This document shows, piece after piece, positions 19,693 through 28,814 of a stretch of DNA of 64,000 nt; position 1 is the first letter of the stretch; the number at the start of each line of letters is the position of its first letter. Source of the DNA: Candidatus Omnitrophota bacterium (GTDB lineage: Bacteria > Omnitrophota > Omnitrophia > Omnitrophales > Aquincolibacteriaceae); NCBI GenBank assembly GCA_030698625.1, contig JAUYMS010000040.1, positions 21,499 to 85,498 of the forward strand, in the 5' to 3' direction. The position numbers were made by a program, and so were the translations under genes. Under the pieces are notes generated by a model, which was not told the origin of the DNA, searched no databases, and was given only the letters and a program-made list of their open reading frames with translations.

Positions 19693-20427
19693 ATGAACGC
19701 ACATGATCCGCTTTACATTTTCTTTCATATTCACAAAACAGCGGGCACAACGTTTGCGATGCATTTGCAGGAAAATCTGGCCGGGGATGAACGCCTAGCT
19801 GTTTATCTGAAATCGGTTGAAGTGGATGCCTTTAATGATTCGCTTGCGCAAATGCCACCGGCTCAAAAGGGTAGACTAAAAGTAATTTACGGGCATCGGG
19901 TCTACGACGGTATTCATAAACATTTTAACCGCGAGGCCCGGTATTTCACTTTTCTCCGCGACCCCGTCGCCCGCACCCTTTCACACTACAATGGGCAGAT
20001 GCAGTTACTGGAGAAACGACACTATAAGAAGACCCCGGGCTTACCCTTCCGGCCCCAACCTTTTAAAGAATGGCTCTTCTCGGACACATCGCAGTGGAAT
20101 GCAATGGCCCAGGAACTCATCCGAGTCTTTTTACAAACGCATGTAGTCCGTGAAGAAATGAACGAGACACATCTCAATACGGCAAAAGGAGTCCTCGACC
20201 GGTTCTTTTTTGTGGGAGCTACGGAGCATTACGAGGAAGATGCGTCTTATTTGTATAATCTGATGGGAATCACCAAGTTTGTGCCTGATTGCCGAGTCAC
20301 CCTAAAATCGTACTACGAGGGGGATCCGGAGGAGGCCAGGCAATGGATACGGCAGAAAGCCCCCCTAGATGTCGCCTTATACTCCCACGCCCTCCGGCTC
20401 AGGCGCAGGAGCCAAGTCACAACTTGA
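19693..20427 (+). CDS. Sulfotransferase (PAPS-dependent)
   Basis: 5'-PSB HIHKTAGTT and 3'-PB RDPVARTLSHY. Paralog of the ORF at 43439. Confidence 0.7.
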   Translation: MNAHDPLYIFFHIHKTAGTTFAMHLQENLAGDERLAVYLKSVEVDAFNDSLAQMPPAQKGRLKVIYGHRVYDGIHKHFNREARYFTFLRDPVARTLSHYNGQMQLLEKRHYKKTPGLPFRPQPFKEWLFSDTSQWNAMAQELIRVFLQTHVVREEMNETHLNTAKGVLDRFFFVGATEHYEEDASYLYNLMGITKFVPDCRVTLKSYYEGDPEEARQWIRQKAPLDVALYSHALRLRRRSQVTT

Positions 20428-20613
20428 ATATCATGCCTGCCATATCACATTTCCCGGTGGGCGCCATGAACAATTCTTGAATTCAACCATATTCCCAGGA
20501 TAGGCCCTCTTGATAAACCGTAGGGCGCGGCGAACATCGCCTTGCGACGTGTTGTCGAAATAAGCCTTACCGTCACAAGCAACGATTCTTATATTCGCAC
20601 TCATGTAAGTCGT

Positions 20614-20964
20614 CTATGAAATTAGAATCGAGATACTCCTTACAACGACGGCTTCCTTGCTTCTGTCGAATAAGCTGCAAATCAGGGAGTAGTACAAAAG
20701 GTTCCAAGACGGATAACCGATAGTGAGGCCGGTCTTTTTTACGGCACCCTCAATACTGCTGACACCTTTCTCCTGATCTGACAGATAGGAGTTGGGTAAT
20801 AATTCATGCCGATAATCAAAGACTCTTTTCTGCTTGTCGTTCGTTCCGCAATAATGCTGTTTGCTAATCATAAGATATTTGATGGCATTTAAAGGATAGA
20901 GGCAGGCGGGCAGAACCGTACCCCAGAGGAACTTAGGCAGACCCTTTGCCACGTTGATTTCCAC
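20614..20964 (-). CDS. Hypothetical ORF in a low-GC scar; possible gene remnant
   Basis: 116-aa ORF with no motif. A 57-aa ORF (MSANIRIVACDGKAYFDN...) follows on the same strand at 20604-20434. The region is AT-richer than the flanks and adjoins the RAYT. Confidence 0.2.
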   Translation of the reverse strand: MEINVAKGLPKFLWGTVLPACLYPLNAIKYLMISKQHYCGTNDKQKRVFDYRHELLPNSYLSDQEKGVSSIEGAVKKTGLTIGYPSWNLLYYSLICSLFDRSKEAVVVRSISILIS

Positions 20965-21059
20965 CAGTGATTTAATCCTTATATCTCATATTATGAATAA
21001 CGCGCGTGATAGCGCAGATTCTAATCAATTATGTCATTTTAGCCATCATTTAGTTGCCG

Positions 21060-21085
21060 GGGCTAAGGGGTCGGGCTAAGGGGTC
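21060..21085. repeat. 13-bp perfect tandem duplication GGGCTAAGGGGTC x2 abutting the inverted REP
   Basis: gggctaaggggtc gggctaaggggtc, read directly. The second copy runs into the REP stem. Confidence 0.5.
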
Positions 21086-21106
21086 AAGTCTCGACTTGAC
21101 TACATG
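21080..21106 (-). repeat. REP-like hairpin element, copy 3 (inverted orientation)
   Basis: ggggtcaagtctcgacttgactacatg is the reverse complement of the 6493 copy. It lies 70 nt upstream of the RAYT start. Confidence 0.6.
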
Positions 21107-21177
21107 TTGTTTCCTGCGTATCATGATATCTTCGTAACATCATTCCACAACGTAACATAACCTCTATTCACCAGCTC

Positions 21178-22164
21178 ATGGCTCGTCCACTCCGTATTGA
21201 ATTCGAAAATGCCTGGTATCACGTTATGAACCGGGGCCGGAATCACATGGACATCTTCCGGGGTGAGCACGATTACCGCGTATTTCTTGAGATTCTGACG
21301 GAGGCATGCGGCCTCTTTAACGTACAGATTGCGTCTTACTGCTTGATGTCCAATCATTACCATCTGCTGATTCATACCCCTGAGGCAAATCTTTCGCGTT
21401 TTATGCGGCATATCGACGGGGTCTATACGCAGAAATACAACCGGTCTTATCAAAAAGACGGATCTTTGTTTAAGGGGCGTTACCGTGCCGTTGTATTACA
21501 GGTTGAAAGCTATCTGTTGCGCGTCATGCGTTACATCCATCTGAATCCGGTGCAGGCGCGCATTGTCCATGATCCTACAGATTATCCCTGGTCGAGTCAT
21601 CGCGACTATATTTCAGTCAACGGCCACCCGAGTTGGCTGCTTGTAGGTTTTATCCTTAATCAATTCTCTTCGCAATCGCACCTAGCCGCAGAAGCTTACA
21701 ATCAATTCATTACGGCAGGCATTGACAGTGAGACAGAGAAATTTTACTCGCAGGTAAAACTAAAACCAATTTATGCGGATGCCACGCGAACGGCGGAAAT
21801 TAAAGAAAAGTATCTCGCTCCAAATACCCGTGAGGTGGCTGAAATCCCTGAGAGACGCAAGATCCGCGGAGAGCAAATGGCGAGCCATATCCTGCGGGCA
21901 GTTTCACAAAACTTCAGCGTAGCAGCTGCCGGCATCAAGTCATCACGGCGAGGTAAGGAAAACCTGCCGCGTCAGATGGCGATCGCCCTTGCAAGGGAGC
22001 TTTCAGGAATGACGCATCGCCAAATCGCCGATTTTTTTAATATTAACTCCTACAAAACCGTCAATAAACATTGCGATCGCTTTGCGAGCAAGATTCGCGT
22101 CAGCGACGAACTGAGTGAACAGTACAAGCAACTGAGATCAACATGTCTTCAAGTCGAGACTTGA
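21178..22164 (+). CDS. IS200/IS605-like Y1 (HuH) transposase, REP-associated (RAYT-type), with C-terminal DnaA-C-like HTH
   Basis: HuH motif SNHYHLLIH, then YIHLNPV...YPWSS (catalytic Y region). The C-terminal ~100 aa (MAIALARELSGMTHRQIADFFN...NKHCDRF) resembles the DnaA C-terminal DNA-binding domain. Confidence 0.75.
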   Translation: MARPLRIEFENAWYHVMNRGRNHMDIFRGEHDYRVFLEILTEACGLFNVQIASYCLMSNHYHLLIHTPEANLSRFMRHIDGVYTQKYNRSYQKDGSLFKGRYRAVVLQVESYLLRVMRYIHLNPVQARIVHDPTDYPWSSHRDYISVNGHPSWLLVGFILNQFSSQSHLAAEAYNQFITAGIDSETEKFYSQVKLKPIYADATRTAEIKEKYLAPNTREVAEIPERRKIRGEQMASHILRAVSQNFSVAAAGIKSSRRGKENLPRQMAIALARELSGMTHRQIADFFNINSYKTVNKHCDRFASKIRVSDELSEQYKQLRSTCLQVET

Positions 22165-22168
22165 CCCC
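22142..22168 (+). repeat. REP-like hairpin element, copy 4
   Basis: catgtcttcaagtcgagacttgacccc. It overlaps the last codons and stop of the RAYT. Confidence 0.6.
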
Positions 22169-22918
22169 ATGGACCTAACGCGGGTAAAGAAGGGGATTAA
22201 TGATATTGTTTTTCGGTGGCTGATACGGCCGCATGTCAAGAGGTTGGTGAAGTACAGTCTCAAGGATCAGCGGAAGCACTTCCTTAAGGACAGGAAGATG
22301 CATGAGCTGCTCAAGACCCGGCTTGAGTCAATTGACCTTGAGGAGCAGCTCTTCAAGGACGCCAAGCCTTGCGGCAAGCGATTTGAACTGCTTTCGCGTG
22401 CCGTGGAGCAGGCCAAACGCTTTGACGGCGGGGAGCTCTGGCTTGAGTTCGGGGTCGAGGCTGGCGCATCCATTAATCACATTGCAGGCGAAGTGCAATC
22501 GACGGTCTACGGATTTGACACCTTCACGGGTCTTCCTGAGGCATGGAAGACAGGCCTCTATCATCATGCGCGAAAGGGTAAGCGCAGTCTTGATGCCGTA
22601 CTGCCGAAGGTGGCGTCGAACGTTGAGTTGATTCCGGGGCTGTTTGAAGACACCTTACAGCCGTTCTTAGAAAAGCATGCGGAGCCCGTCGCTTTTGTCC
22701 ATATCGATTGTGACTTATACAGTTCAACAAAAACAGTGTTTCGTCAATTAAAGCTGCAAGTCGGGAGCGTGATCGCCTTCGATGAGTATTACAACTACCC
22801 AAATTGGAGAGAGGGGGAATACAAAGCCTTCCATGAGTTCTTGGCCGAAAGCCAGATGACAGCGAAGTGCCTCGGTTTTTGTCCGCGATCGGGACAGGCG
22901 GCGTTTATCCTATGCTAA
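22169..22918 (+). CDS. TylF/MycF-family SAM O-methyltransferase
   Basis: LEFGVEAG...YGFDTFTGLPE...VHIDCDLYSST...FDEY. First of a tandem pair. Confidence 0.7.
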   Translation: MDLTRVKKGINDIVFRWLIRPHVKRLVKYSLKDQRKHFLKDRKMHELLKTRLESIDLEEQLFKDAKPCGKRFELLSRAVEQAKRFDGGELWLEFGVEAGASINHIAGEVQSTVYGFDTFTGLPEAWKTGLYHHARKGKRSLDAVLPKVASNVELIPGLFEDTLQPFLEKHAEPVAFVHIDCDLYSSTKTVFRQLKLQVGSVIAFDEYYNYPNWREGEYKAFHEFLAESQMTAKCLGFCPRSGQAAFILC

Positions 22919-23676
22919 GTAAAATTTTACCGAGTTCAGTGAAACGATGGTTTCATGATTTTGTGTTCAGGATCGTCCGTTCCAATTCAAGGCGTATCGT
23001 CAAGTATATCCTTGAGGACCGCCACATCCAGGAGCAGCTCAAGGCCCGACTGGAATCCATTGAGCGCGAGGATGAATTGTTTGGTGATGGGGTAATTTTC
23101 AAGAACCGCACAGGCCTTATTGAGCATGCGCTGAAACAAGTACCCGAGAGATTACGAAACGGGCTTTACCTGGAGTTTGGTGTAGCCAACGGAAAATCCG
23201 TAAACCTCATCGCGAGGAATATTCAGACGAGGGTCTATGGTTTTGATTCCTTTGAGGGACTTCCCGAGAAGTGGGTCACCGGCAAGTACAGCAGTGCGGT
23301 CCAGGGAAAACACAACCGCAACAAAACATTGCCTAAAGTGGAGCTCAATGTCGAACTCGTTCGCGGATGGTTCCACGACACTGTCCCCGGTTTCTTGCGC
23401 GACCACCCGGGTCCTGTGGCGTTTGTGCATGTCGATAGCGACCTTTATGAATCAGCGCGATACATTTTCTCACAACTAAAATTAGAAAACGAGACCGTGA
23501 TCGTTTTCGACGAGTACTTCAACTTCCCGGCCTGGAAAGAGGGCGAATATAAGGCCTTTCAAGATTTTCTGACGGCACGCGGAGCAACCGCTCGATGCAT
23601 TGGCTACTGTCCGCGAAGTCAGCAGGCGGCTTTTGTGCTCTCACTTAATTCCGAAGGAGCTCCGGCTTTTGCATAG
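22912..23676 (+). CDS. TylF/MycF-family SAM O-methyltransferase (tandem paralog)
   Basis: LEFGVANG...YGFDSFEGLPE...VHVDSDLYES...FDEY. ATG at 22912 overlaps the upstream stop (ATGCTAA). Confidence 0.7.
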   Translation: MLSKILPSSVKRWFHDFVFRIVRSNSRRIVKYILEDRHIQEQLKARLESIEREDELFGDGVIFKNRTGLIEHALKQVPERLRNGLYLEFGVANGKSVNLIARNIQTRVYGFDSFEGLPEKWVTGKYSSAVQGKHNRNKTLPKVELNVELVRGWFHDTVPGFLRDHPGPVAFVHVDSDLYESARYIFSQLKLENETVIVFDEYFNFPAWKEGEYKAFQDFLTARGATARCIGYCPRSQQAAFVLSLNSEGAPAFA

Positions 23677-25483
23677 TATCCAAACAATAGACAAACCAAC
23701 CGAGTTTTATAGCGCCTTGGAGAAGGAGGAGACTGCCTGCGTACTCTGCGGTTCTCTGCAGCATGTGCTCGTGTCAAACAGGGACCGCTATCACATGGGC
23801 ATTCGCACCGTCATGTGTCGGCAATGTGGATTGGTCTTTACGAATCCGCGCCCAAGCCAGAAGGCCATGCGGCAGTTTTACAGAGATTCCTACGCCGAGT
23901 TCTACTTCAGCACTCCGCATCCCGCCATGGATTATAGACGGGGGTCGGATATTCATAAACGGGCAAAGAGGTTATTCGGATTTATCCGGCCTATACTTGA
24001 TGCCAAGGGAAAACGTGCTCCGACCGTGTTCGATGCAGGGTGCGGATCCGGCGTACTGCTGCATCTGTTTCGTAAAGTTTACCCCACCAGTATTCTCTAC
24101 GGCGCCGAATTGAATCCGGCGCTGGCGCGCTATGCCGCTAAGCGCAACGACGCCATTGTCTATGATGGGGGAATCGAAGAAGCGGTCAGCAGCGGCACCG
24201 CCAGGCGCGGATCCTTTGATGTCATTATTCTAAATCACGTCCTTGAGCACCTCCACGATCCAGTAGGGCAGCTCGGCACCTTGCGTGAGCTTCTGAAGCC
24301 AAACGGCCATCTTTTGGTCGAGCTTCCCGACATCACATCGCCGTACTGGCGCGATCCCTATGAGATGTTCCATATCGCTCATCTGTATCACTTTTCACCG
24401 ACCACCTTGCGGGGCGTTCTAAATCGCGGAGGCTTCAATGTAATTCGAGAATTTCCGGCAAAACTTTCAGTCAACCCTTGGGCGATCGCCGTTGCCTGCG
24501 AAAGCAAGCTCGATCTACTCGACAGCCGGGACCCGTTCGAAAGTCTCAGCCGTGACAGGTTCGAAGAACTCTTCGCCAAGATTCAGGCCGTTATTTGCGC
24601 GAAAGGTTTTTCTAAATCACTCAGGCGCGCCATGCGGGCGATCCCGCCCGTTCGTTTTGTGAGGCAAGCCTTTGCCTACTGTTGGGACTACGGATTTCGC
24701 ATGGCGTTCGCCAAGGCGTCACACGTGCTTGCGGATGCGTTAGCAACTGCGGCCTATCCGGTTTTATACCCGTTTCTACGCCTGCGTTGGCGTGTGGCAC
24801 GCATCGCTAATAATCCGGTTTACGAAAAGGCCCTCCGGTCTAAGCGCGTTCTTATTTTGGGCTCCGGCCCCTCAGCGGCCGAGCTTGAGACGATTCCGAA
24901 TGATGTGGTCGTCATGACCTGCAACCGGGGGCTTCGTCTGCTGGTGGAAAAGAGGATACCGCATGCCCTCGACATCTTCGTCTGTACCGAAAGCCGCATG
25001 CAGAGGCTCCCCATGATCACGGAATGGTTATCTGAGCTTAAAACCACCACGATCTTCATGGATCATCCGGGTTTCATCAGGAAGGACAAAAAACTTCGGG
25101 ATCACTACTCGGAGGTTCGCTACGAGGACGGTCGAGACAATTTTTTCCTGAGTGACATGATTGCCCCCGAAAGGGTGCGGAATCTGAGGGGTAAATCGCG
25201 CCATCCGTGGACATCCACGAGCATTCGACAAATGCTGATCGCTCTTCATTACCAGGCCAGGGAAGTCTACTTATGCGGCGTTGATTTAGGCCGCGAGGGC
25301 TATTTCTGGGGGGTCAGCGACGCGAGCTGGGACCACGATGACATCGACGAAAACGTCCTAAAGATTGCTTCGACCAAACACCGAAATCTTTACTGCCTCT
25401 CCAAGGCCAGCCCGATTACCCAGTATATTTCGCACAAAAGCTTTGATAGCCCAGCCTATGAAACGGAGGTTGCAAATTCATGA
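23669..25483 (+). CDS. Fusion: Zn-ribbon + class I SAM methyltransferase (N-terminal) and CstII/GT42- or DUF115-like glycosyltransferase domain (C-terminal)
   Basis: N-terminus has CxxC...CxxC, then VFDAGCGSGVL...ILNHVLEHL. The C-terminus (RVLILGSGPSA...VVMTCNRG...VYLCGVDLGREGYFWG...NLYCLS) follows the CstII pattern GNGPSL...FRCNQ...YLSGIDFY. Likely TTG start near 23669. Confidence 0.6.
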   Translation: MHSIQTIDKPTEFYSALEKEETACVLCGSLQHVLVSNRDRYHMGIRTVMCRQCGLVFTNPRPSQKAMRQFYRDSYAEFYFSTPHPAMDYRRGSDIHKRAKRLFGFIRPILDAKGKRAPTVFDAGCGSGVLLHLFRKVYPTSILYGAELNPALARYAAKRNDAIVYDGGIEEAVSSGTARRGSFDVIILNHVLEHLHDPVGQLGTLRELLKPNGHLLVELPDITSPYWRDPYEMFHIAHLYHFSPTTLRGVLNRGGFNVIREFPAKLSVNPWAIAVACESKLDLLDSRDPFESLSRDRFEELFAKIQAVICAKGFSKSLRRAMRAIPPVRFVRQAFAYCWDYGFRMAFAKASHVLADALATAAYPVLYPFLRLRWRVARIANNPVYEKALRSKRVLILGSGPSAAELETIPNDVVVMTCNRGLRLLVEKRIPHALDIFVCTESRMQRLPMITEWLSELKTTTIFMDHPGFIRKDKKLRDHYSEVRYEDGRDNFFLSDMIAPERVRNLRGKSRHPWTSTSIRQMLIALHYQAREVYLCGVDLGREGYFWGVSDASWDHDDIDENVLKIASTKHRNLYCLSKASPITQYISHKSFDSPAYETEVANS

Positions 25484-27747
25484 GGTCTGAAATCTGCCTC
25501 ATCCTCACGTCATCAATACAGCCTCTAAGCGATGAGTTCGTCCGGCGGAATGACCCCGCGTTGCGGCTCGCAGATTATAAACAGGCTTTCGAGCAATGGC
25601 TGTCGAAGCAAAGCGCCTTTCAAAAGATCGTTTACGCTGATAACTCAGGCCATTCCTTGTCCGAACTGGAGTCCGTCGCACGCAGATACCCCGCCAAACA
25701 GGTTGAATTTTTATCCTACAGAGACAGCGACTCTTCACGAGGCAAGGGCTATTGCGAACTGGGCTTGATTCGCTATGCCTTGGAGCATTCGAAGCTTATG
25801 TGCGAAACAGATTATTTCGCTAAGGCCAACGGTAGAATCTTCGTTGAAAACATAGAGGCTATTGCGCGGAGGTTACCGGCGCAATTTGACTGTGTTGCCA
25901 GTTTCAAGAAAAACCTCTGCGTTGTTCTTTCTCATTTCATTCTTTTCCGTAAGCATTCCTACCTCACGCATATCCAGCCGGCCGCGCTTCGGTTCGTCGA
26001 TGACACCCAACGGAAATATCTTGAAGAGGGGTTTGCTAAGGCGATCTTATCCGGAATCTCTCACGACATGAGGTGGTATCCCTTTCCGGCAGAGCCCCGC
26101 GTAAGCGGTATTCTCGCAACAAAGAGCAAGCGGTATGAGCAAAATGCCTGGTATTCGTTTTGGGGAACCCTCATCTCTGGTCTTTTCCATACTTTCTACG
26201 GGACCGCGAACTCCAAATCACGAATGCACGTGCTTGAGGCCCGGGCGCGGCGAGAACAGAATCAGCGCGAGAAGGGGACGACGATCTCGGTTGTTTTGAC
26301 GGTACACAATAAGGAAGGCCTCATCGAGCGGGTGATCACATCCATATTCAATAACGTCTCGCCGCTGGTCAAAGAGATCATCGTTGTTTTGGACGGCTGC
26401 ACGGACCGCTCAGAACAAATATTGAGAAAACATACCGAGTCTCAGCAAAAGAGCAAACGGATCATTTACGAATATACGCCTGACGTATTCGAAACCAAGG
26501 CGAATAATGCAGGACTCAAACGGTGCTCCTCGGACTACGCCCTGCTAATCCAGGACGATATGGTTATCGAGGAGAAGCACTTTGACCGGCGGCTGCTGCA
26601 GCCGTTCCTGCATTTTGACGATGTGTTTGCGGTTACTGCCAAAAATGCCGTCAATGATGTCATCCGCAATGGACGCGTAGTTTCTGAGGACCGAGTGAGT
26701 CCGCGCTATTTGCCGCGCAATGTCTTTGCCGTTCGCGACGTGGTCAACCGCGGTCCTCTCATGATTAAGAGGTCATGCCTGGAACAACTCGATTACCTGG
26801 ATGAGTGGTTTGCGCCTCAGGATTACGACGAGCACGATCTCTGCCTGCGCGCCTACCGCGATTTTGGCTGGGTGTGCGGTGCGTATTCCGTCCGGTATAC
26901 GTCGAAACGCGGGTGGCATTCATCCATTGTCGGAAAAAATGCGGACTTCATTACACGGGCAAAACTGCAAAATGAACAGAAAATCATCGCACGACACCGC
27001 GATCTTTTGGCGGCACCGAAGCACACTGAGGATCGGATTATAGAGTATCAGGAGTACGCGCCGCCTAGGATGTCCAAGCGACTATCGAAGGGCTGGAAAC
27101 GAATGAATCCGCTTTCCCGGACCGCCAAGCAGTCGTACAAGAAGCCCTCATCATACCCTACTTATGAATCGTATCTCGATCATCAACGGGAAAAAACATC
27201 GCATGCAGGCCGGCGTAAAAAGTGGGCCGGAAAAATCGGAGTCAAGCGGAAAGCGGCTTTCCTGGCCGCCTTTGCCCGGCATAAAGATATTCTCAGCCGC
27301 TGCAGAAATGCCGCCTGTCTTGGAGCGAGGCTCGGACAAGAAGTTGAGGTCTTGCGTGAACTGGGGCTCGATGCCATAGGGATCGATCTCGTACCCCACG
27401 AACCGCTTGTCATAAGGGGGGATTTTCACCATTTGCCCTTCGAGAATCAGTCGCAAGACTTTGTCTTCACAAACTCATACGATCATGCCCTTCGGCCGCA
27501 GCAATTTCTTGCGGAAATCGAAAGAGTATTGAAACCCGGCGGGTACGTTGTGTTTCATCTGCAAATGGGCAGAGGATTAGGAAAGTACGACGTCACTCAG
27601 ATAAGCAGCAGCAGCGAAATCATAAGTCGTTTCGACCGCGTGAGCGTCGAGAGCGACGGCCGGATGGAAGACTGTTGCGCTATGAATTGGGAGATCGTTC
27701 TTCGGAAAGAGCCATCGGAGAATCTTGTGGGGCACGGAAAATCGTGA
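25480..27747 (+). CDS. Three-domain protein: unknown N-terminal domain + GT2 glycosyltransferase + class I SAM methyltransferase
   Basis: Middle domain: ISVVLTVHNKEG...VVLDGCTDRS (GT2). C-terminus: LGARLGQEVEVLRELG...GDFHHLPFENQSQDFVF...LKPGGYVV (Methyltransf_11-like). ATGA overlap with the upstream gene. Confidence 0.65.
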   Translation: MRSEICLILTSSIQPLSDEFVRRNDPALRLADYKQAFEQWLSKQSAFQKIVYADNSGHSLSELESVARRYPAKQVEFLSYRDSDSSRGKGYCELGLIRYALEHSKLMCETDYFAKANGRIFVENIEAIARRLPAQFDCVASFKKNLCVVLSHFILFRKHSYLTHIQPAALRFVDDTQRKYLEEGFAKAILSGISHDMRWYPFPAEPRVSGILATKSKRYEQNAWYSFWGTLISGLFHTFYGTANSKSRMHVLEARARREQNQREKGTTISVVLTVHNKEGLIERVITSIFNNVSPLVKEIIVVLDGCTDRSEQILRKHTESQQKSKRIIYEYTPDVFETKANNAGLKRCSSDYALLIQDDMVIEEKHFDRRLLQPFLHFDDVFAVTAKNAVNDVIRNGRVVSEDRVSPRYLPRNVFAVRDVVNRGPLMIKRSCLEQLDYLDEWFAPQDYDEHDLCLRAYRDFGWVCGAYSVRYTSKRGWHSSIVGKNADFITRAKLQNEQKIIARHRDLLAAPKHTEDRIIEYQEYAPPRMSKRLSKGWKRMNPLSRTAKQSYKKPSSYPTYESYLDHQREKTSHAGRRKKWAGKIGVKRKAAFLAAFARHKDILSRCRNAACLGARLGQEVEVLRELGLDAIGIDLVPHEPLVIRGDFHHLPFENQSQDFVFTNSYDHALRPQQFLAEIERVLKPGGYVVFHLQMGRGLGKYDVTQISSSSEIISRFDRVSVESDGRMEDCCAMNWEIVLRKEPSENLVGHGKS

Positions 27748-28814
27748 AGCTCATCTATTTCTCGCAATCTCTTGGGAAGTCGGGATCGTATCAGCGAGCC
27801 GCCGCCGATGAGCTTGCGCGTCAGCATGACGTTCATTTTTACGGGCCGGGATACGACGGGTTTGATAAACGGGCCGAGGTAGCCGATGTTATTGCCGCTG
27901 CCCCATGGGGCAGCCCGGACTTACTCCTTATCGGACACAACTGGTTGTCCGACAAACCCGGAGAGGCGCGCAGTGCCTCAGCCGCCATACACTTTGCCGA
28001 CACTTCTCTTCCGAAGGTTGCAATACTTAATAAAGAATACGTCAATCTTGATGCCAAGCTGCGGTATATGTCAGACAACAAAATCGATTTGGCTTTCACG
28101 CATCACCATGACACCAGGGCATACGAGAAGCGCACGGGAATCCCTTTCTCGTTCTTCCCGTTTGCGGTAGACCCCGAGAAATTTTCAGCGAACGGTAAGC
28201 GAAAGGATATCGATCTCTTTTTTACCGGAATCCTCAGGAATCCGTCTTGCCCTGAAACTCAGACAGATGCCCGTGCCGAAGCCCAGCATAAGTTGTTTTA
28301 CCACTGGGGGCTCACGCGACTAGCCAAGCGCATCCCGTATTGGAAGTACCGTTTTCAATGGCGGACGTACGACCAAAAGCATTTATCGGCGTTGTCACTT
28401 TTTAGGAACGGCAGTTTCTTCGCCGATGACGCTCGTTTCGGGATCGCAGAGTATGGCTGTGCCATGGCGCGCAGCCGTGTCTGTTTTACGGGGCTCTCGC
28501 CCCTCGGTTTAGTCGGCTCGCGATACTACGAAGCCATGGCGGCCGGGTCTCTGGTGATATGCCCGCGCGAGACTGTTTATGACGGACTCTTTGAGGACGG
28601 TAAGCACTGTGTAATGTTCCGGCCGGACTTCAGCGACTTCGAGGAGAAATTACGTTATTACCTTGATCACGAATCGGAACGCCGCGCCATTGCCGATACT
28701 GCTTATCGACATGTCATCACTCACCACACATGGGAAAAGCGCATCGATGTCATGGCGAAGGAAATAAAAACGCGACTACTGCCAAGCAACGTGCCGATCG
28801 GGGGTAAAGCGTGA
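27744..28814 (+). CDS. GT-B fold glycosyltransferase (GT4-like)
   Basis: C-terminal YYEAMAAGSLVICP is typical of GT-B donor-binding domains. GTG at 27744 overlaps the upstream stop (GTGA). The track start at 27675 is probably spurious. Confidence 0.5.
   Translation: MKLIYFSQSLGKSGSYQRAAADELARQHDVHFYGPGYDGFDKRAEVADVIAAAPWGSPDLLLIGHNWLSDKPGEARSASAAIHFADTSLPKVAILNKEYVNLDAKLRYMSDNKIDLAFTHHHDTRAYEKRTGIPFSFFPFAVDPEKFSANGKRKDIDLFFTGILRNPSCPETQTDARAEAQHKLFYHWGLTRLAKRIPYWKYRFQWRTYDQKHLSALSLFRNGSFFADDARFGIAEYGCAMARSRVCFTGLSPLGLVGSRYYEAMAAGSLVICPRETVYDGLFEDGKHCVMFRPDFSDFEEKLRYYLDHESERRAIADTAYRHVITHHTWEKRIDVMAKEIKTRLLPSNVPIGGKA

Larger units (their letters stand above)
21080..22168 (+). mobile_element. 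REP-RAYT-REP unit (Y1 HuH transposase flanked by inverted REP hairpins)
   Basis: Two copies of the 27-nt REP in inverted orientation bracket the HuH transposase gene. The 3' REP contains the gene's stop codon. Confidence 0.6.

Noticed and set aside
27604-27615. (AGC)4 microsatellite
   Set aside because: In-frame Ser run (SSSS) inside a coding region, trivial at this length.
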